Origin: Candidatus Latescibacterota bacterium
Lineage (GTDB): Bacteria; Latescibacterota; UBA2968; GCA-2709665
Assembly: GCA_963662665.2 (NCBI GenBank)
Contig: CAXXJS010000020.1
Location: 32,001 to 96,000 of the forward strand
Direction: 5' to 3'
Length of the DNA stretch: 64,000 bases
The notes below the pieces were generated by a model, which ran no database searches, was not told the DNA's origin, and saw only the letters and a list, made by a program, of their open reading frames with translations. Made by a program: the position numbers and the translations under genes. Positions within the stretch are counted from its first letter, which is position 1, and each line of letters starts with the position of its first letter. Below, one piece after another: positions 28,352 through 37,770 of this stretch.

Positions 28352-29893
28352 ATGGACAGCATGGTTTTGGGGAAGATCCTTCAGAAAAACGCTCGGGATC
28401 CCGGCCTCAGGCACAAAACAGCCATTATCTACGGCAACTGCACGCTGACGTACAGCGAATTGAATGACCGGTGTAATCGTTTTGCCAACGGCCTGCTGGG
28501 CCTTGGCGTCCGGAAGGGAGATCGAATTGGCGTTCTGAGTCGTAATTCCGCCGTGTACGTCGCACTCTACTTTGCACTGGCCAAACTCGGCGCCATTATG
28601 GTTCCGGTCAATTTCTGGTATCGCAGCCGTGAAGTCCGCTATACGCTTCAACAGTCCGGCGCTCGCGGCCTGATCTTCCACTGTCGCTTCGCGGACGTCG
28701 TTGCCGGCGTCGGCGATCTATCCGGACTGGAATGGAAGCTTACCATCGGAGACAATCGCGGCAGCCGCCTGGAGGATGTGGCGGCCGGATCCCCGAATGT
28801 CGAACCGGAAGTCGAACCCGACGAGAACGATCCACACATTATTCTATACACGAGCGGCACGACTGGTTTTCCCAAAGGCGCGGTTTTCTCACACAAAAGC
28901 CATTACCTTCAGGCCCTCTCCCTCGCCCACTCAACCGGTGGTCGCAGCGATGACGTAGGACTGGTCGTCTACCCGCTCTTCCACACCGGCGGGCCGGACT
29001 GTCTGGTCCTTCCACACTTCCTGGTGGGCGGTAGCCTCGTGATTCTGGACGGTGCGGATCCGGACGCCATCCTGACGGCGGTTTCTACGCACAAGGCAAC
29101 CAACATTTTCTGCGTGCCGACGGTCTGGCGCTGGATACTTGTACGGCAGCACCGTAAGAAATACGACGTGACTTCGGTCCGGCGCTGTCTGGGTTCGTCG
29201 GACACCTTCCCGACGGCGCTGCTCGAGGATATCCTGACCACATTCGAAAGCGACGTTTACGTTACCTACGGACTCACGGAGGCCGGCTGCATCCTTACGG
29301 TCTGCCGTCTCACGGCAAGAGACATGGGCAAACTCGGCTCGGTGGGCCGACCCCTGCCGTCGGTTGAACTCGGCGTCGTGGATTCGTGCGGCAATCCGAT
29401 GACTCACGGAGAGGTAGGCGAGGTTGTCGCCAAGACGGCGTCTACGATGCTCGGATACTGGGACATGCCGGAGAAAACAAAGGAGGCGCTGAAGGGTGGA
29501 TGGCTATACACCGGAGACCTGGGCAGAATGGACAACGATGGCTTTCTCTACCTGTCGGGAAGGGCAAAGGATTTGATCATCAGCGGCGGGGAAAATGTCT
29601 ATCCGCTGGAAATCGAACGCCTGTTGAGAGAAAACCCGAAAATCCGCGACGCTGCCGTGGTCGGCATCCCGGACAGAGAATGGGGCGAGTCCGTATTGGC
29701 GGCGGTTGTGGCAGAGGACGGCGCAGACCTCGCGCCCGACGAGATTTCCGACTACGTGCGCATCCGTCTGGCGGGGTTCAAGAAACCCAGATGGGTTGAA
29801 ATCGTCAGCGAACTCCCGGTAACAACCGCCACGGGGAAAGTGCGGAAGGCCGTGTTGAGAGAACGTTTTCTTGGGAAATACGGTACCGCGTGA
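28352..29893 (+). CDS. Acyl-CoA synthetase (ANL adenylate-forming family)
   Basis: YTSGTTGFPKG, YGLTE, TGDLG, GRAKDLIISGGENVYP, TGKVRK. Confidence 0.92.
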   Translation: MDSMVLGKILQKNARDPGLRHKTAIIYGNCTLTYSELNDRCNRFANGLLGLGVRKGDRIGVLSRNSAVYVALYFALAKLGAIMVPVNFWYRSREVRYTLQQSGARGLIFHCRFADVVAGVGDLSGLEWKLTIGDNRGSRLEDVAAGSPNVEPEVEPDENDPHIILYTSGTTGFPKGAVFSHKSHYLQALSLAHSTGGRSDDVGLVVYPLFHTGGPDCLVLPHFLVGGSLVILDGADPDAILTAVSTHKATNIFCVPTVWRWILVRQHRKKYDVTSVRRCLGSSDTFPTALLEDILTTFESDVYVTYGLTEAGCILTVCRLTARDMGKLGSVGRPLPSVELGVVDSCGNPMTHGEVGEVVAKTASTMLGYWDMPEKTKEALKGGWLYTGDLGRMDNDGFLYLSGRAKDLIISGGENVYPLEIERLLRENPKIRDAAVVGIPDREWGESVLAAVVAEDGADLAPDEISDYVRIRLAGFKKPRWVEIVSELPVTTATGKVRKAVLRERFLGKYGTA

Positions 29894-29899
29894 CCCGTA

Positions 29900-30802
29900 T
29901 CAGCAATTCTGTGGGATGCTGGTTCCGCTCAAATGTTCAGCCGCCCTGCATACCGCCGAAAAATCCAACTCTCCTGCGCCCAGGCCGCTGGCGGCTGCAT
30001 ACATCTGGTAGGTCGCTGCGCCAATCGGCATAGGCACGTTCAGTGCTTTACCAAGGTCCACGCCAATAGCCAGATCCTTCTTCATCAGATCCAGCATAAA
30101 TCCCGGCTCGAAAGAGTTCGCCAGCAGGAAGTCCGATACCCGCATCTGAAACAACGTGGAATTGGCCGAACTCACGCTGATAACCTGCCGCATGACCTCG
30201 GGGTCGGCCCCCGCCCGGATGCCGAGGATCAACCCCTCCGCGATTGCCGCCATATTGACGCCGCCGATGAGCTGATTGACGATCTTCACGGTCTGCCCCA
30301 CGCCAACCGGACCGACGTGGAAGATATTTTCCTCGTTACCCATCGCGTTGAACAACCCTCTGCACCGATCGAAGTCTGTTGCGTCTCCGCCGGCGATGAT
30401 CGTTAGTGTCCCGTTTATCGCACCCGTATCACCCCCGCTTACCGGCGCATCCATCACAGCGACACCCTTTGAGGACGCCTCTTCGGCTATTTCCCTGATC
30501 GTAAGCGGTGAAATCGTACTCATGTCCACAATCAGGCTTCCTTCGGACGCGCCCTTCAGCACGCCATTGTCGCCAATGATCACTTCGCGAACTTCCGGAT
30601 CGGCCGTTACGATTGTAATCACAATGTCTGTTTCTTCCGCGACGGCAGCCGGAGACCCCACCGACCGTGCGCCCTGACCCTCCATTTCGGCAATGATCTC
30701 CGCACGACGTGCGTAGAACGTGAGATCGTACCCGGCCTTAATAAGATTGATCGCCATTGGTTTGCCCATAATACCCAGTCCGATAAACCCTACGCTTTCC
30801 AT
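29900..30802 (-). CDS. Beta-hydroxyacid dehydrogenase (tartronate semialdehyde reductase / 3-hydroxyisobutyrate DH family)
   Basis: VGFIGLGIMGKPMA, DAPVSGGD, catalytic Lys in VKIVNQ, KDL. Confidence 0.9.
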   Translation of the reverse strand: MESVGFIGLGIMGKPMAINLIKAGYDLTFYARRAEIIAEMEGQGARSVGSPAAVAEETDIVITIVTADPEVREVIIGDNGVLKGASEGSLIVDMSTISPLTIREIAEEASSKGVAVMDAPVSGGDTGAINGTLTIIAGGDATDFDRCRGLFNAMGNEENIFHVGPVGVGQTVKIVNQLIGGVNMAAIAEGLILGIRAGADPEVMRQVISVSSANSTLFQMRVSDFLLANSFEPGFMLDLMKKDLAIGVDLGKALNVPMPIGAATYQMYAAASGLGAGELDFSAVCRAAEHLSGTSIPQNC

Positions 30803-30908
30803 CGTTGCCTCCTATCGTCTGACTCTGGCAGCATTCTGGTGATCGGGTGACTGCGTCCACGGAAAACGTCACGGGAAGGGCCCGCAATGCATCACCGGCG
30901 TCTTCCGT

Positions 30909-32084
30909 TCATCCATCTTCAGTACGGCGGGTCTGCAGGACCATCAACTGGCCCACGGGGTTCTCGATAGCCCCCAGCGGACGCCGTTTCTCTATTGACC
31001 AGATGTCGTTTGCCGTTATGTAGAGGTGTCCGTCCGCAACTTTGTTGTAACACAGCTGTGGGTATCGCGATTGAGGCACATCGGGAACCAGCAGATCGAA
31101 CGTATCGCTTTCAGGGTGATAGGCGATAAAGCGGTCCATGAAGTGATAAGGCAATCCGTCCACACCGATGTGCGGATCTTCTTTCATCTGAATATAATCG
31201 CCGGTCTTCTCGTCGTACCGGAATCCTGAATCATACGTGCTCAGGTTGTTCAACTGCCACTCCTGGTAAAAAACCCCGCCGCCGATGAATCCGAAGTCCT
31301 CCTTCCATCCCGGCACATCCCGTTCGTACGTCTCTCCCGTACGACGGTCCAGCCGGATGAGCCGACCCTCCCTGTAATTCACGACAAACCGCTCAGCACG
31401 CGCTCCCGGTCGCGACGGCGGCGCCGGATGCGAATCTTCCGCCAGGAACCCGCGCACCTCGGGATCGTAGTACACGCGGCGATGCACGCCGTCGTTTCGT
31501 GGAACCGCAAATATCTCCAGCCGCTCGGGCCAATCGACCTCCCCTATATCCGGCAGCACGCCGGGTTTCGGATATTCAAGGACCTCCCCCAGTTCCGTCT
31601 CAACGTCCCAGATCACCAGACACGGCCTCGACCGCTCAGGCATATAAAGCACGTTGCGCGCCTTATCCGCGTGACCGTACCAGAGGTTCGCCTCCGGAAA
31701 CGGCTTGTCGACGTGGTACACGCGTGTCGCCGCAACGTCGAATACCGTAAACTTTCCGTTTGTCTGCGGCAGGACGTAGACCTTGCCCCCGGCGCAGAGA
31801 CACTGGCTTCCCCCGTGTTTTTCGGGAATCGAAATCGTGTCGATCTGCCCTGACTCGGGTTCGTACCGGTGGAGCGCAGGCAGACTGCCCGTAAACCAAA
31901 GTGCGCCGCAGTCGTCATCGTCGATCCCGTAGACACGTGTATTTTTCACGTCGACCCAGACCGGATACATCCTCGGCAGTTCAGGCATCACATTCCTCAA
32001 TCCAACGAATCTATCGGACCGGTCACTCCCAGGCGCTGACCTCGCCTTCAAACCGCTGAACGGGTCGTCCTGTGAAGCGCTCAA
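30909..32084 (-). CDS. Hypothetical protein, probable beta-propeller
   Basis: 391-aa ORF with repeated Vgb-like blade motifs (GALWFTG, LHRYEPESGQI, GGKVYVLP, DGHLYITA); no signal peptide seen. Confidence 0.65.
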   Translation of the reverse strand: MSASQDDPFSGLKARSAPGSDRSDRFVGLRNVMPELPRMYPVWVDVKNTRVYGIDDDDCGALWFTGSLPALHRYEPESGQIDTISIPEKHGGSQCLCAGGKVYVLPQTNGKFTVFDVAATRVYHVDKPFPEANLWYGHADKARNVLYMPERSRPCLVIWDVETELGEVLEYPKPGVLPDIGEVDWPERLEIFAVPRNDGVHRRVYYDPEVRGFLAEDSHPAPPSRPGARAERFVVNYREGRLIRLDRRTGETYERDVPGWKEDFGFIGGGVFYQEWQLNNLSTYDSGFRYDEKTGDYIQMKEDPHIGVDGLPYHFMDRFIAYHPESDTFDLLVPDVPQSRYPQLCYNKVADGHLYITANDIWSIEKRRPLGAIENPVGQLMVLQTRRTEDG

Positions 32085-32108
32085 CAGCTTTGATGTCTAT
32101 GTTAGGAC

Positions 32109-32151
32109 TTGACATTCGTCTATTAGTAGGTACCATTGGCCCATCTGTCAA
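32109..32151. promoter_or_regulatory. Overlapping face-to-face sigma70 promoters
   Basis: + strand TTGACA(32109)-16-TACCAT; - strand TTGACA(32151)-17-TACTAA. Confidence 0.55.
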
Positions 32152-32241
32152 CGTGAATCTCCTTGCCGCAATCAGGGCGGTCCGGAGTCCGCTGACGTGG
32201 GATACAACGACAACCGGTCCAATGCCACGCAATTCAAGGTT

Positions 32242-33774
32242 ATGTCCCGTTATCCTTTACTGGCTGGAATCGACATCGGCACCACGAATATCAAGGCGCT
32301 TGTCTTCGATACCGCCGGCCGCGTTCAGGCCTCCGCGAGCGTGCCGACGCCAATCCATTACCCCCGACCCGGTTGGGCCTATCACACTCCGGATGAATTG
32401 TGGACGTGTACGCTGACTGTGTTGAGGGACGCGGTTTCGCAACTGGATGCCGCGGACACGGTTTCGAGTATCGCCGTTTCAAGTATGGCCGAGTCCGGCG
32501 TCCCCCTTGACGCGGGAGACTGCCCCACCGCCGACGTCATCGCCTGGTTCGACGGGAGGACGTCAAGCCAGGCCGCGTGGCTGAGCAAGACCGTCGGCGA
32601 AGAGCGGATCTACGCCATTACGGGGCTTTCGCTGAAGCCCATTTTCGGTCTCTGCAAGGTCCTCTGGTTGAAAGAAAACAACCCGCAGGCTTACACGAGC
32701 ACGGTCTCGTGGCTGAACGTCGCAGATTATATCGCGTTCCGCCTGTGCGGCCAGAAGGCAACCGACTATTCTCTCGCTTCCCGGATGCTCGTCTTTGACC
32801 TTCACCGGCGGGACTGGCATTCAGGCCTGCTGGATGAAGCGGGGGTTCCTCCGGGACTGTTTGCGCCGGCATTGCCCTCCGGCACGCTGCTTGGCCGGAT
32901 CCTGCCCGACGTTGCGAGGGCGTCCGGCCTTCCGTCCCGCGTACAGGTGACAACCGGCGGCCACGACCACATATGCGGAGCGCTTGCCGCGGGCGCCACC
33001 GAACCCGGTACGCTGCTTAATTCCCTCGGCACAGCAGAAGCGGTCTGTATAGCGGGCCGTCGCGCGTGGCTCAGCGATCAGCTTGCCCGGCAGGGGTATA
33101 CCACGGGTGCCCACGTCGCCCGGGATCGGTACTATATCCTGGGAAGCATCTACACTTCCGGGGCCTGCGTTGAGTGGATCCGCAACCTTCTCGCCAATAA
33201 CGTCGAATACGGCACCCTCATCTCGGAAGCGGAAACGGCCCCTCCCGGAAGCCTGGGCGTCCACTTCCAGCCTCACCTTCGACTCGGCAATCCTCCGAAC
33301 AACGACCCCGGATCGAGGGCCGCGTTTGTTGGTCTCACCGCCGACGTAACCCGCGGGACCCTGTTTCGGGCCGTGCTCGAGGGCTTAGCCTACGAGTGCC
33401 GTCTCTGCCTTGAAGCCATCGTGTCCAATCCTGAAATCGACAGACCGAAACGAATTGTAGCCATCGGCGGAAACACCCGCAACCGGCTTCTCATGCAAAT
33501 CAAGAGCTCGGTATTCAACCAGAGGATCTCGGTTGCAAACGTGGAGGAATCCGTCTCTCTGGGCGCCGCGGTACTGGGTGGCATCGGCGCTGGCGTTTAC
33601 GCCGACATCGACTCTGCGCTGAAAGAACTGACCTACGACAGCTGGACGATAGAGCCGAACGCGGAGCAGGTCGAGATCTACGAAACCGGATTTCAGACCG
33701 TCTACCGCGGAATATTTCCGGCGCTTCAATCCCTGCACCACAGGTTGGGAGACATCCGGCAAACGGACCGGTGA
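32242..33774 (+). CDS. FGGY family carbohydrate kinase (xylulokinase/fuculokinase-like)
   Basis: AGIDIGTTNIK, IAWFDGRT, TDYSLASR, GGHDH, SLGTAE, RAVLEG, GGNT, LGAA. Confidence 0.92.
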   Translation: MSRYPLLAGIDIGTTNIKALVFDTAGRVQASASVPTPIHYPRPGWAYHTPDELWTCTLTVLRDAVSQLDAADTVSSIAVSSMAESGVPLDAGDCPTADVIAWFDGRTSSQAAWLSKTVGEERIYAITGLSLKPIFGLCKVLWLKENNPQAYTSTVSWLNVADYIAFRLCGQKATDYSLASRMLVFDLHRRDWHSGLLDEAGVPPGLFAPALPSGTLLGRILPDVARASGLPSRVQVTTGGHDHICGALAAGATEPGTLLNSLGTAEAVCIAGRRAWLSDQLARQGYTTGAHVARDRYYILGSIYTSGACVEWIRNLLANNVEYGTLISEAETAPPGSLGVHFQPHLRLGNPPNNDPGSRAAFVGLTADVTRGTLFRAVLEGLAYECRLCLEAIVSNPEIDRPKRIVAIGGNTRNRLLMQIKSSVFNQRISVANVEESVSLGAAVLGGIGAGVYADIDSALKELTYDSWTIEPNAEQVEIYETGFQTVYRGIFPALQSLHHRLGDIRQTDR

Positions 33775-33864
33775 TCTGTCCGGAAGACAATCTGTGTAAA
33801 TCAGTCCAGCGGGCGCCATACCTCGCGCGAAACTTCGAATTCACGGGATCCAAAGGGAGTCTCC

Positions 33865-34851
33865 ATGCACACCATCAGCTGCGCCATCGTGGGGTACGGC
33901 GGCATTGCGCTCTTCCACACGCGCGCGCTCAGCCGTATTCCGGGGGTCCGCCTTCGTACCGTCGTCGGGCGCAGAGCCGAACCGGCCGAATCGTTCAGGG
34001 ACGCGTGGGGCTTTGAAAACGCCACCACCAGCTACGAAGAAGCCCTGGCCGACCCTGATATCGACGCGGTTGTTATCGCCTCACCAAGCGAGGTGCATTA
34101 CGAACAGACCCGGTTGGCGCTGGAGGCCGGCAAGAACGTCCTGGTTGAAATCCCCGTGGCGCTGTCACACAGAGGCGCCGCCGAGATCGCCGGCCTCGCG
34201 AAAAAATCCCGAAACAAGCTGCTGGTTGCCCACACCCGCCGTTTCAACCGCACCGGACGTTTTGTCAAGGATATTATCTCCAGCGGCAAGGCAGGCCACG
34301 TGCACCAACACCATGTCCATGAATTTCAGTTGCGCCGCGACGACGTCGGATGGACAGGCTACAGGCGGAGCTGGACGGACGATGTTCTGTTCCACCATGG
34401 TTGCCACGTGCTCGACTACTCCCTCTGGACCATCGACGAACCCGTCCGCAGGATTCGCGGCGAACTCAGCCCGCTCGACGCGGGAACCGGCACGTCGCTC
34501 GACGTCAGCATGCTGCTCCGATATACCACGGAAACCATTGCGGCACTCAGTCTTTCCTACAACGCCCGAGCGGGCGTCAGCAACAATATCTACCTGTGCG
34601 ACGCGGGCACCCTCGTCGTCACAGGCAACCAGGTCACGCTAAACGACAAAACCCTCTTCCAGAACGACGACACCCTGGAAGACGACGTCCTGGTCCAGAA
34701 CACCGAATTCATCGAGTCGATTCGAAAGGACAGACAACCGGAATGTGGCGCCGAACAGGCCCTTGAGGCTCTGGGTTTGCTGCAACAGGTTTACGACCAG
34801 TCCATCACACTGGAACAGGAGGACAGATACAAACGGATGTGGGAGATTTAG
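33865..34851 (+). CDS. Gfo/Idh/MocA oxidoreductase, LigC/PmdC-like subfamily
   Basis: Rossmann GYGGIA; VEIP instead of the usual EKP; HTRRFN; RSWTDDVLFHHGCH. Confidence 0.85.
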   Translation: MHTISCAIVGYGGIALFHTRALSRIPGVRLRTVVGRRAEPAESFRDAWGFENATTSYEEALADPDIDAVVIASPSEVHYEQTRLALEAGKNVLVEIPVALSHRGAAEIAGLAKKSRNKLLVAHTRRFNRTGRFVKDIISSGKAGHVHQHHVHEFQLRRDDVGWTGYRRSWTDDVLFHHGCHVLDYSLWTIDEPVRRIRGELSPLDAGTGTSLDVSMLLRYTTETIAALSLSYNARAGVSNNIYLCDAGTLVVTGNQVTLNDKTLFQNDDTLEDDVLVQNTEFIESIRKDRQPECGAEQALEALGLLQQVYDQSITLEQEDRYKRMWEI

Positions 34852-34938
34852 TCGTCGGGCGTTTTTCGCCGGCAACACATGGAAATTTTTGGACACCTCC
34901 CGCGTCGTGTACGAGAGACCGCGGCTGACCCGTTTACG

Positions 34939-35487
34939 TTACAGGACCATCTCAACCAGCCCTCTACTCCTCTTGTCCAACGCGCCGAGGTCCGCCACCT
35001 CAAACCTGTTGCCGTCCACGTCCAGAATCAACACGCGCTTTTCGTCCAGCCACCTGGCGTCCTCTCCCACGTTCTTTACCACAAAATCCCGCGGTCCCCG
35101 GTCCGTGGTAACGTCCCAGTAAGAGACCCCGTATTCGCTGCGAATCGAGTGAACCCGTTCAATCCGCGAGGTCATATACCGCCGTGCCAGTTCCTCCCGG
35201 ATGATGTCCTGATACGCCCTGGGGAGTTTGCGGACGTCGTCGACCATGCAGATCACCTCGTCGTTTGCGTCGAGGAAACAGATGTACCGGTCCGGTTCCG
35301 ACAACGGGACCGCACGGACGATCTTCACCGTCAGATACGAGCGATCGCATTCAATGGTCATGCGCAGATGCCAGGCCGGTTCCCGGAAGATTCTGATATT
35401 GCCGGTATCCACATCCTGTGGATGGGTCACGTCGATCGGCGTGGGTTTCCATCCGTCTTTATATTCCGTATCCATGGTTTCCTGCAA
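34939..35487 (-). CDS. DUF1854-domain protein
   Basis: VRAVPLSEPDRYICFLD, EELARRY, SYWDVTTDRGPRDF, ILDVDGNRF, LDKRSR. Confidence 0.88.
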   Translation of the reverse strand: MQETMDTEYKDGWKPTPIDVTHPQDVDTGNIRIFREPAWHLRMTIECDRSYLTVKIVRAVPLSEPDRYICFLDANDEVICMVDDVRKLPRAYQDIIREELARRYMTSRIERVHSIRSEYGVSYWDVTTDRGPRDFVVKNVGEDARWLDEKRVLILDVDGNRFEVADLGALDKRSRGLVEMVL

Positions 35488-35490
35488 TCC

Positions 35491-37740
35491 TCAATTCCTT
35501 CCCGTTTCGTCCTTGCCGCCGCCGACAGCCATTACCGCCGATGTTTCCTGCTGGCTCTTCACGAGGCGGTAGAAGAAACCCTTACGCGACATTAATTCGT
35601 GGTGGGTACCGGTTTCGGCCACCTTGCCGTCGTCCAACACCACAAGCCTGTCGGCGATGCGCAACGTGGATAGCCTGTGTGCAATCGCAAAGGTCGTGCG
35701 GCCCTTTACCAGACGCGAGATGGCCTTCTGGATCTTCCACTCCGTCCGGGTGTCCAGCGAAGACGTCGCCTCATCCAGAATCAGAATTCGCGGATCGTGC
35801 AGAATCGCGCGTGCGATTGATATCCGCTGCTTTTCGCCGCCCGACAGTTTCCCTCCCTTTTCTCCCACCTTCATATCGTACCCGTCCGGTTTTTGTACGA
35901 TGAACTCGTGCGCCTCCGCCGCAGTGGCCGCCCGAATGACTTCACTGAACGTCGCATTCGGCTTGCCGTACGCGATATTCTCGGCAATCGTCGCGTCAAA
36001 AAGGAATGGCTCCTGCTGAACCATGCCGATCCGGGATCGCAGGTCTTCCAGGCAAACCTCCCGCATGTCCGTACCGTCGATTTCAATGCGTCCCCTGTCA
36101 GGATCGTAGAAACGGCAAATCAGACTGATCAGCGTGGATTTGCCGGCGCCGGATTTCCCGACGAGGCCGACCATCTCTCCTGGTTTCGCAACAAGATCTA
36201 TACCCTTCAGAACGGGCTTTCCACGGTCGTAACCGAAAGTCACGTCCCGGAACGCGACCTGCCCCTCCATTCGCGGCAGTGGAACGGCATCTGTAGTGTT
36301 ACGGGTTTCCGGTAATGAATCCGTGACCTCGAAAATCCGTTCGGCGCCGGCGAACGCCCGCAGAAGAACATTGTAGAGTTCGCCAAACCACCGCAATGGC
36401 TCGTACAACATCCACAGATAGCTGATGAAGGCGACCAGGGCGCCCAGCGTCATCTCACCGCCCAGAATCTGACGGCCTCCAAAATACCAGACCAGAAACA
36501 CGCCCCAACTCATCAGGAAATTCGTCACCGTAAAGAACACAAACCAGTTCCGCTCGCCAGCAACAGTCACCTTGCGCAGATCCTCGTTTCGCCTGTCAAA
36601 TCGCTCGCTTTCACGGGATTCCTGTGCGAACGCCTTTACCACCCGGATGCCGCCAATTGATTCACTCAGGTGCGACGAAAGGCGCGACCACCTCGATCCC
36701 CATTGGATCCAGTGGCGCATCACACGCTTCCAGATGCGACTTCCGCCCAGCACAATCGGGGGAACGGGTAACAGTACGAGTAACGCAAGCTTCCAGTTTG
36801 TCGCCAACAACAGGCCCAGAATCCCCGCAAAGAGCAGGACCTTCGATACGACCAGAGGCAGGTCAGACGCCAGAAACCCCTCCAGCCTGTCGGAGTCGTT
36901 CGACATCCTCGAGATGAGACTGCCCGTGCTGCGACGATCGTAAAACCGCAGAGGCAAAAACTGCAGCTTTCGGTAAAGGTCCGACCGAATGTCCTGCACG
37001 CCCCGATGTCCAAGGCGCAGGGAAAGCCATTCCGTAGTCACCGCAGCCGCGCAGAACAGCAATCGCGCCCCCAGCAAACCGAACACGAGCCAGACCAGCA
37101 GGTTGAAGTTGTCGCGGGGGGTAAGCACGTCATCGATAATATGCTGCGTAATCTTGGGCGGCACCAGTTCCAGCGCGGTTGAGATAAGGGTCAGTATCAC
37201 GACTGATGCCAGCCGCCACGGCTGCGTCGTGAGAAATCGGAGAAGACGGCGCAACGTATGCCATTTCCTGATGCACGCCGCACAGATTCCGTTCTTTTCA
37301 GGCAGCAGCCGGCCGCACGCGTCACAGCGTGCCCGCTCTACTTCCTCCGGCAAAGACAGATCCTTGCCCTCCGACAACTGCCGGATGCCCTCCGCCACCT
37401 CGGCGAATTTGGAAATCAGCGATTGTGTATATGGCACAAAAAGCGGGCCTTCCTTTTGCCGATCGACCGCCAGGCAACCCCCACCCACTTCCTCTTCCGT
37501 CCGCACACCCGCCATCTCACCCATCGGCACCACCACGATATCTCTTTCGCCATCGTGGGGCACAAGGATTATCCGCCTCGCCGTAACGACGACCCACTGC
37601 CGGCCGAACTGCCGGTTTGGCAGCAGATCCGTCGCTACGTGCATAAGCGCCGGCTCATCGTTCAGGCCTTTTCTTCCAAGCATCTCCGACACGGATGCCG
37701 GCAACGCCTCTTTGAACGCACTCATAGTGTTTACCAACAC
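35491..37740 (-). CDS. ABC exporter (TMD+NBD) with N-terminal PH-like and Zn-ribbon extension
   Basis: CDACGRLLPEKNGICAAC; TMD; GKSGAGKST, LSGGEKQR, ILDEATS, IAHRLST. Confidence 0.92.
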   Translation of the reverse strand: MLVNTMSAFKEALPASVSEMLGRKGLNDEPALMHVATDLLPNRQFGRQWVVVTARRIILVPHDGERDIVVVPMGEMAGVRTEEEVGGGCLAVDRQKEGPLFVPYTQSLISKFAEVAEGIRQLSEGKDLSLPEEVERARCDACGRLLPEKNGICAACIRKWHTLRRLLRFLTTQPWRLASVVILTLISTALELVPPKITQHIIDDVLTPRDNFNLLVWLVFGLLGARLLFCAAAVTTEWLSLRLGHRGVQDIRSDLYRKLQFLPLRFYDRRSTGSLISRMSNDSDRLEGFLASDLPLVVSKVLLFAGILGLLLATNWKLALLVLLPVPPIVLGGSRIWKRVMRHWIQWGSRWSRLSSHLSESIGGIRVVKAFAQESRESERFDRRNEDLRKVTVAGERNWFVFFTVTNFLMSWGVFLVWYFGGRQILGGEMTLGALVAFISYLWMLYEPLRWFGELYNVLLRAFAGAERIFEVTDSLPETRNTTDAVPLPRMEGQVAFRDVTFGYDRGKPVLKGIDLVAKPGEMVGLVGKSGAGKSTLISLICRFYDPDRGRIEIDGTDMREVCLEDLRSRIGMVQQEPFLFDATIAENIAYGKPNATFSEVIRAATAAEAHEFIVQKPDGYDMKVGEKGGKLSGGEKQRISIARAILHDPRILILDEATSSLDTRTEWKIQKAISRLVKGRTTFAIAHRLSTLRIADRLVVLDDGKVAETGTHHELMSRKGFFYRLVKSQQETSAVMAVGGGKDETGRN

Positions 37741-37770
37741 AGCCAGGCCGAGGGTATCGTCAGGACCCGA

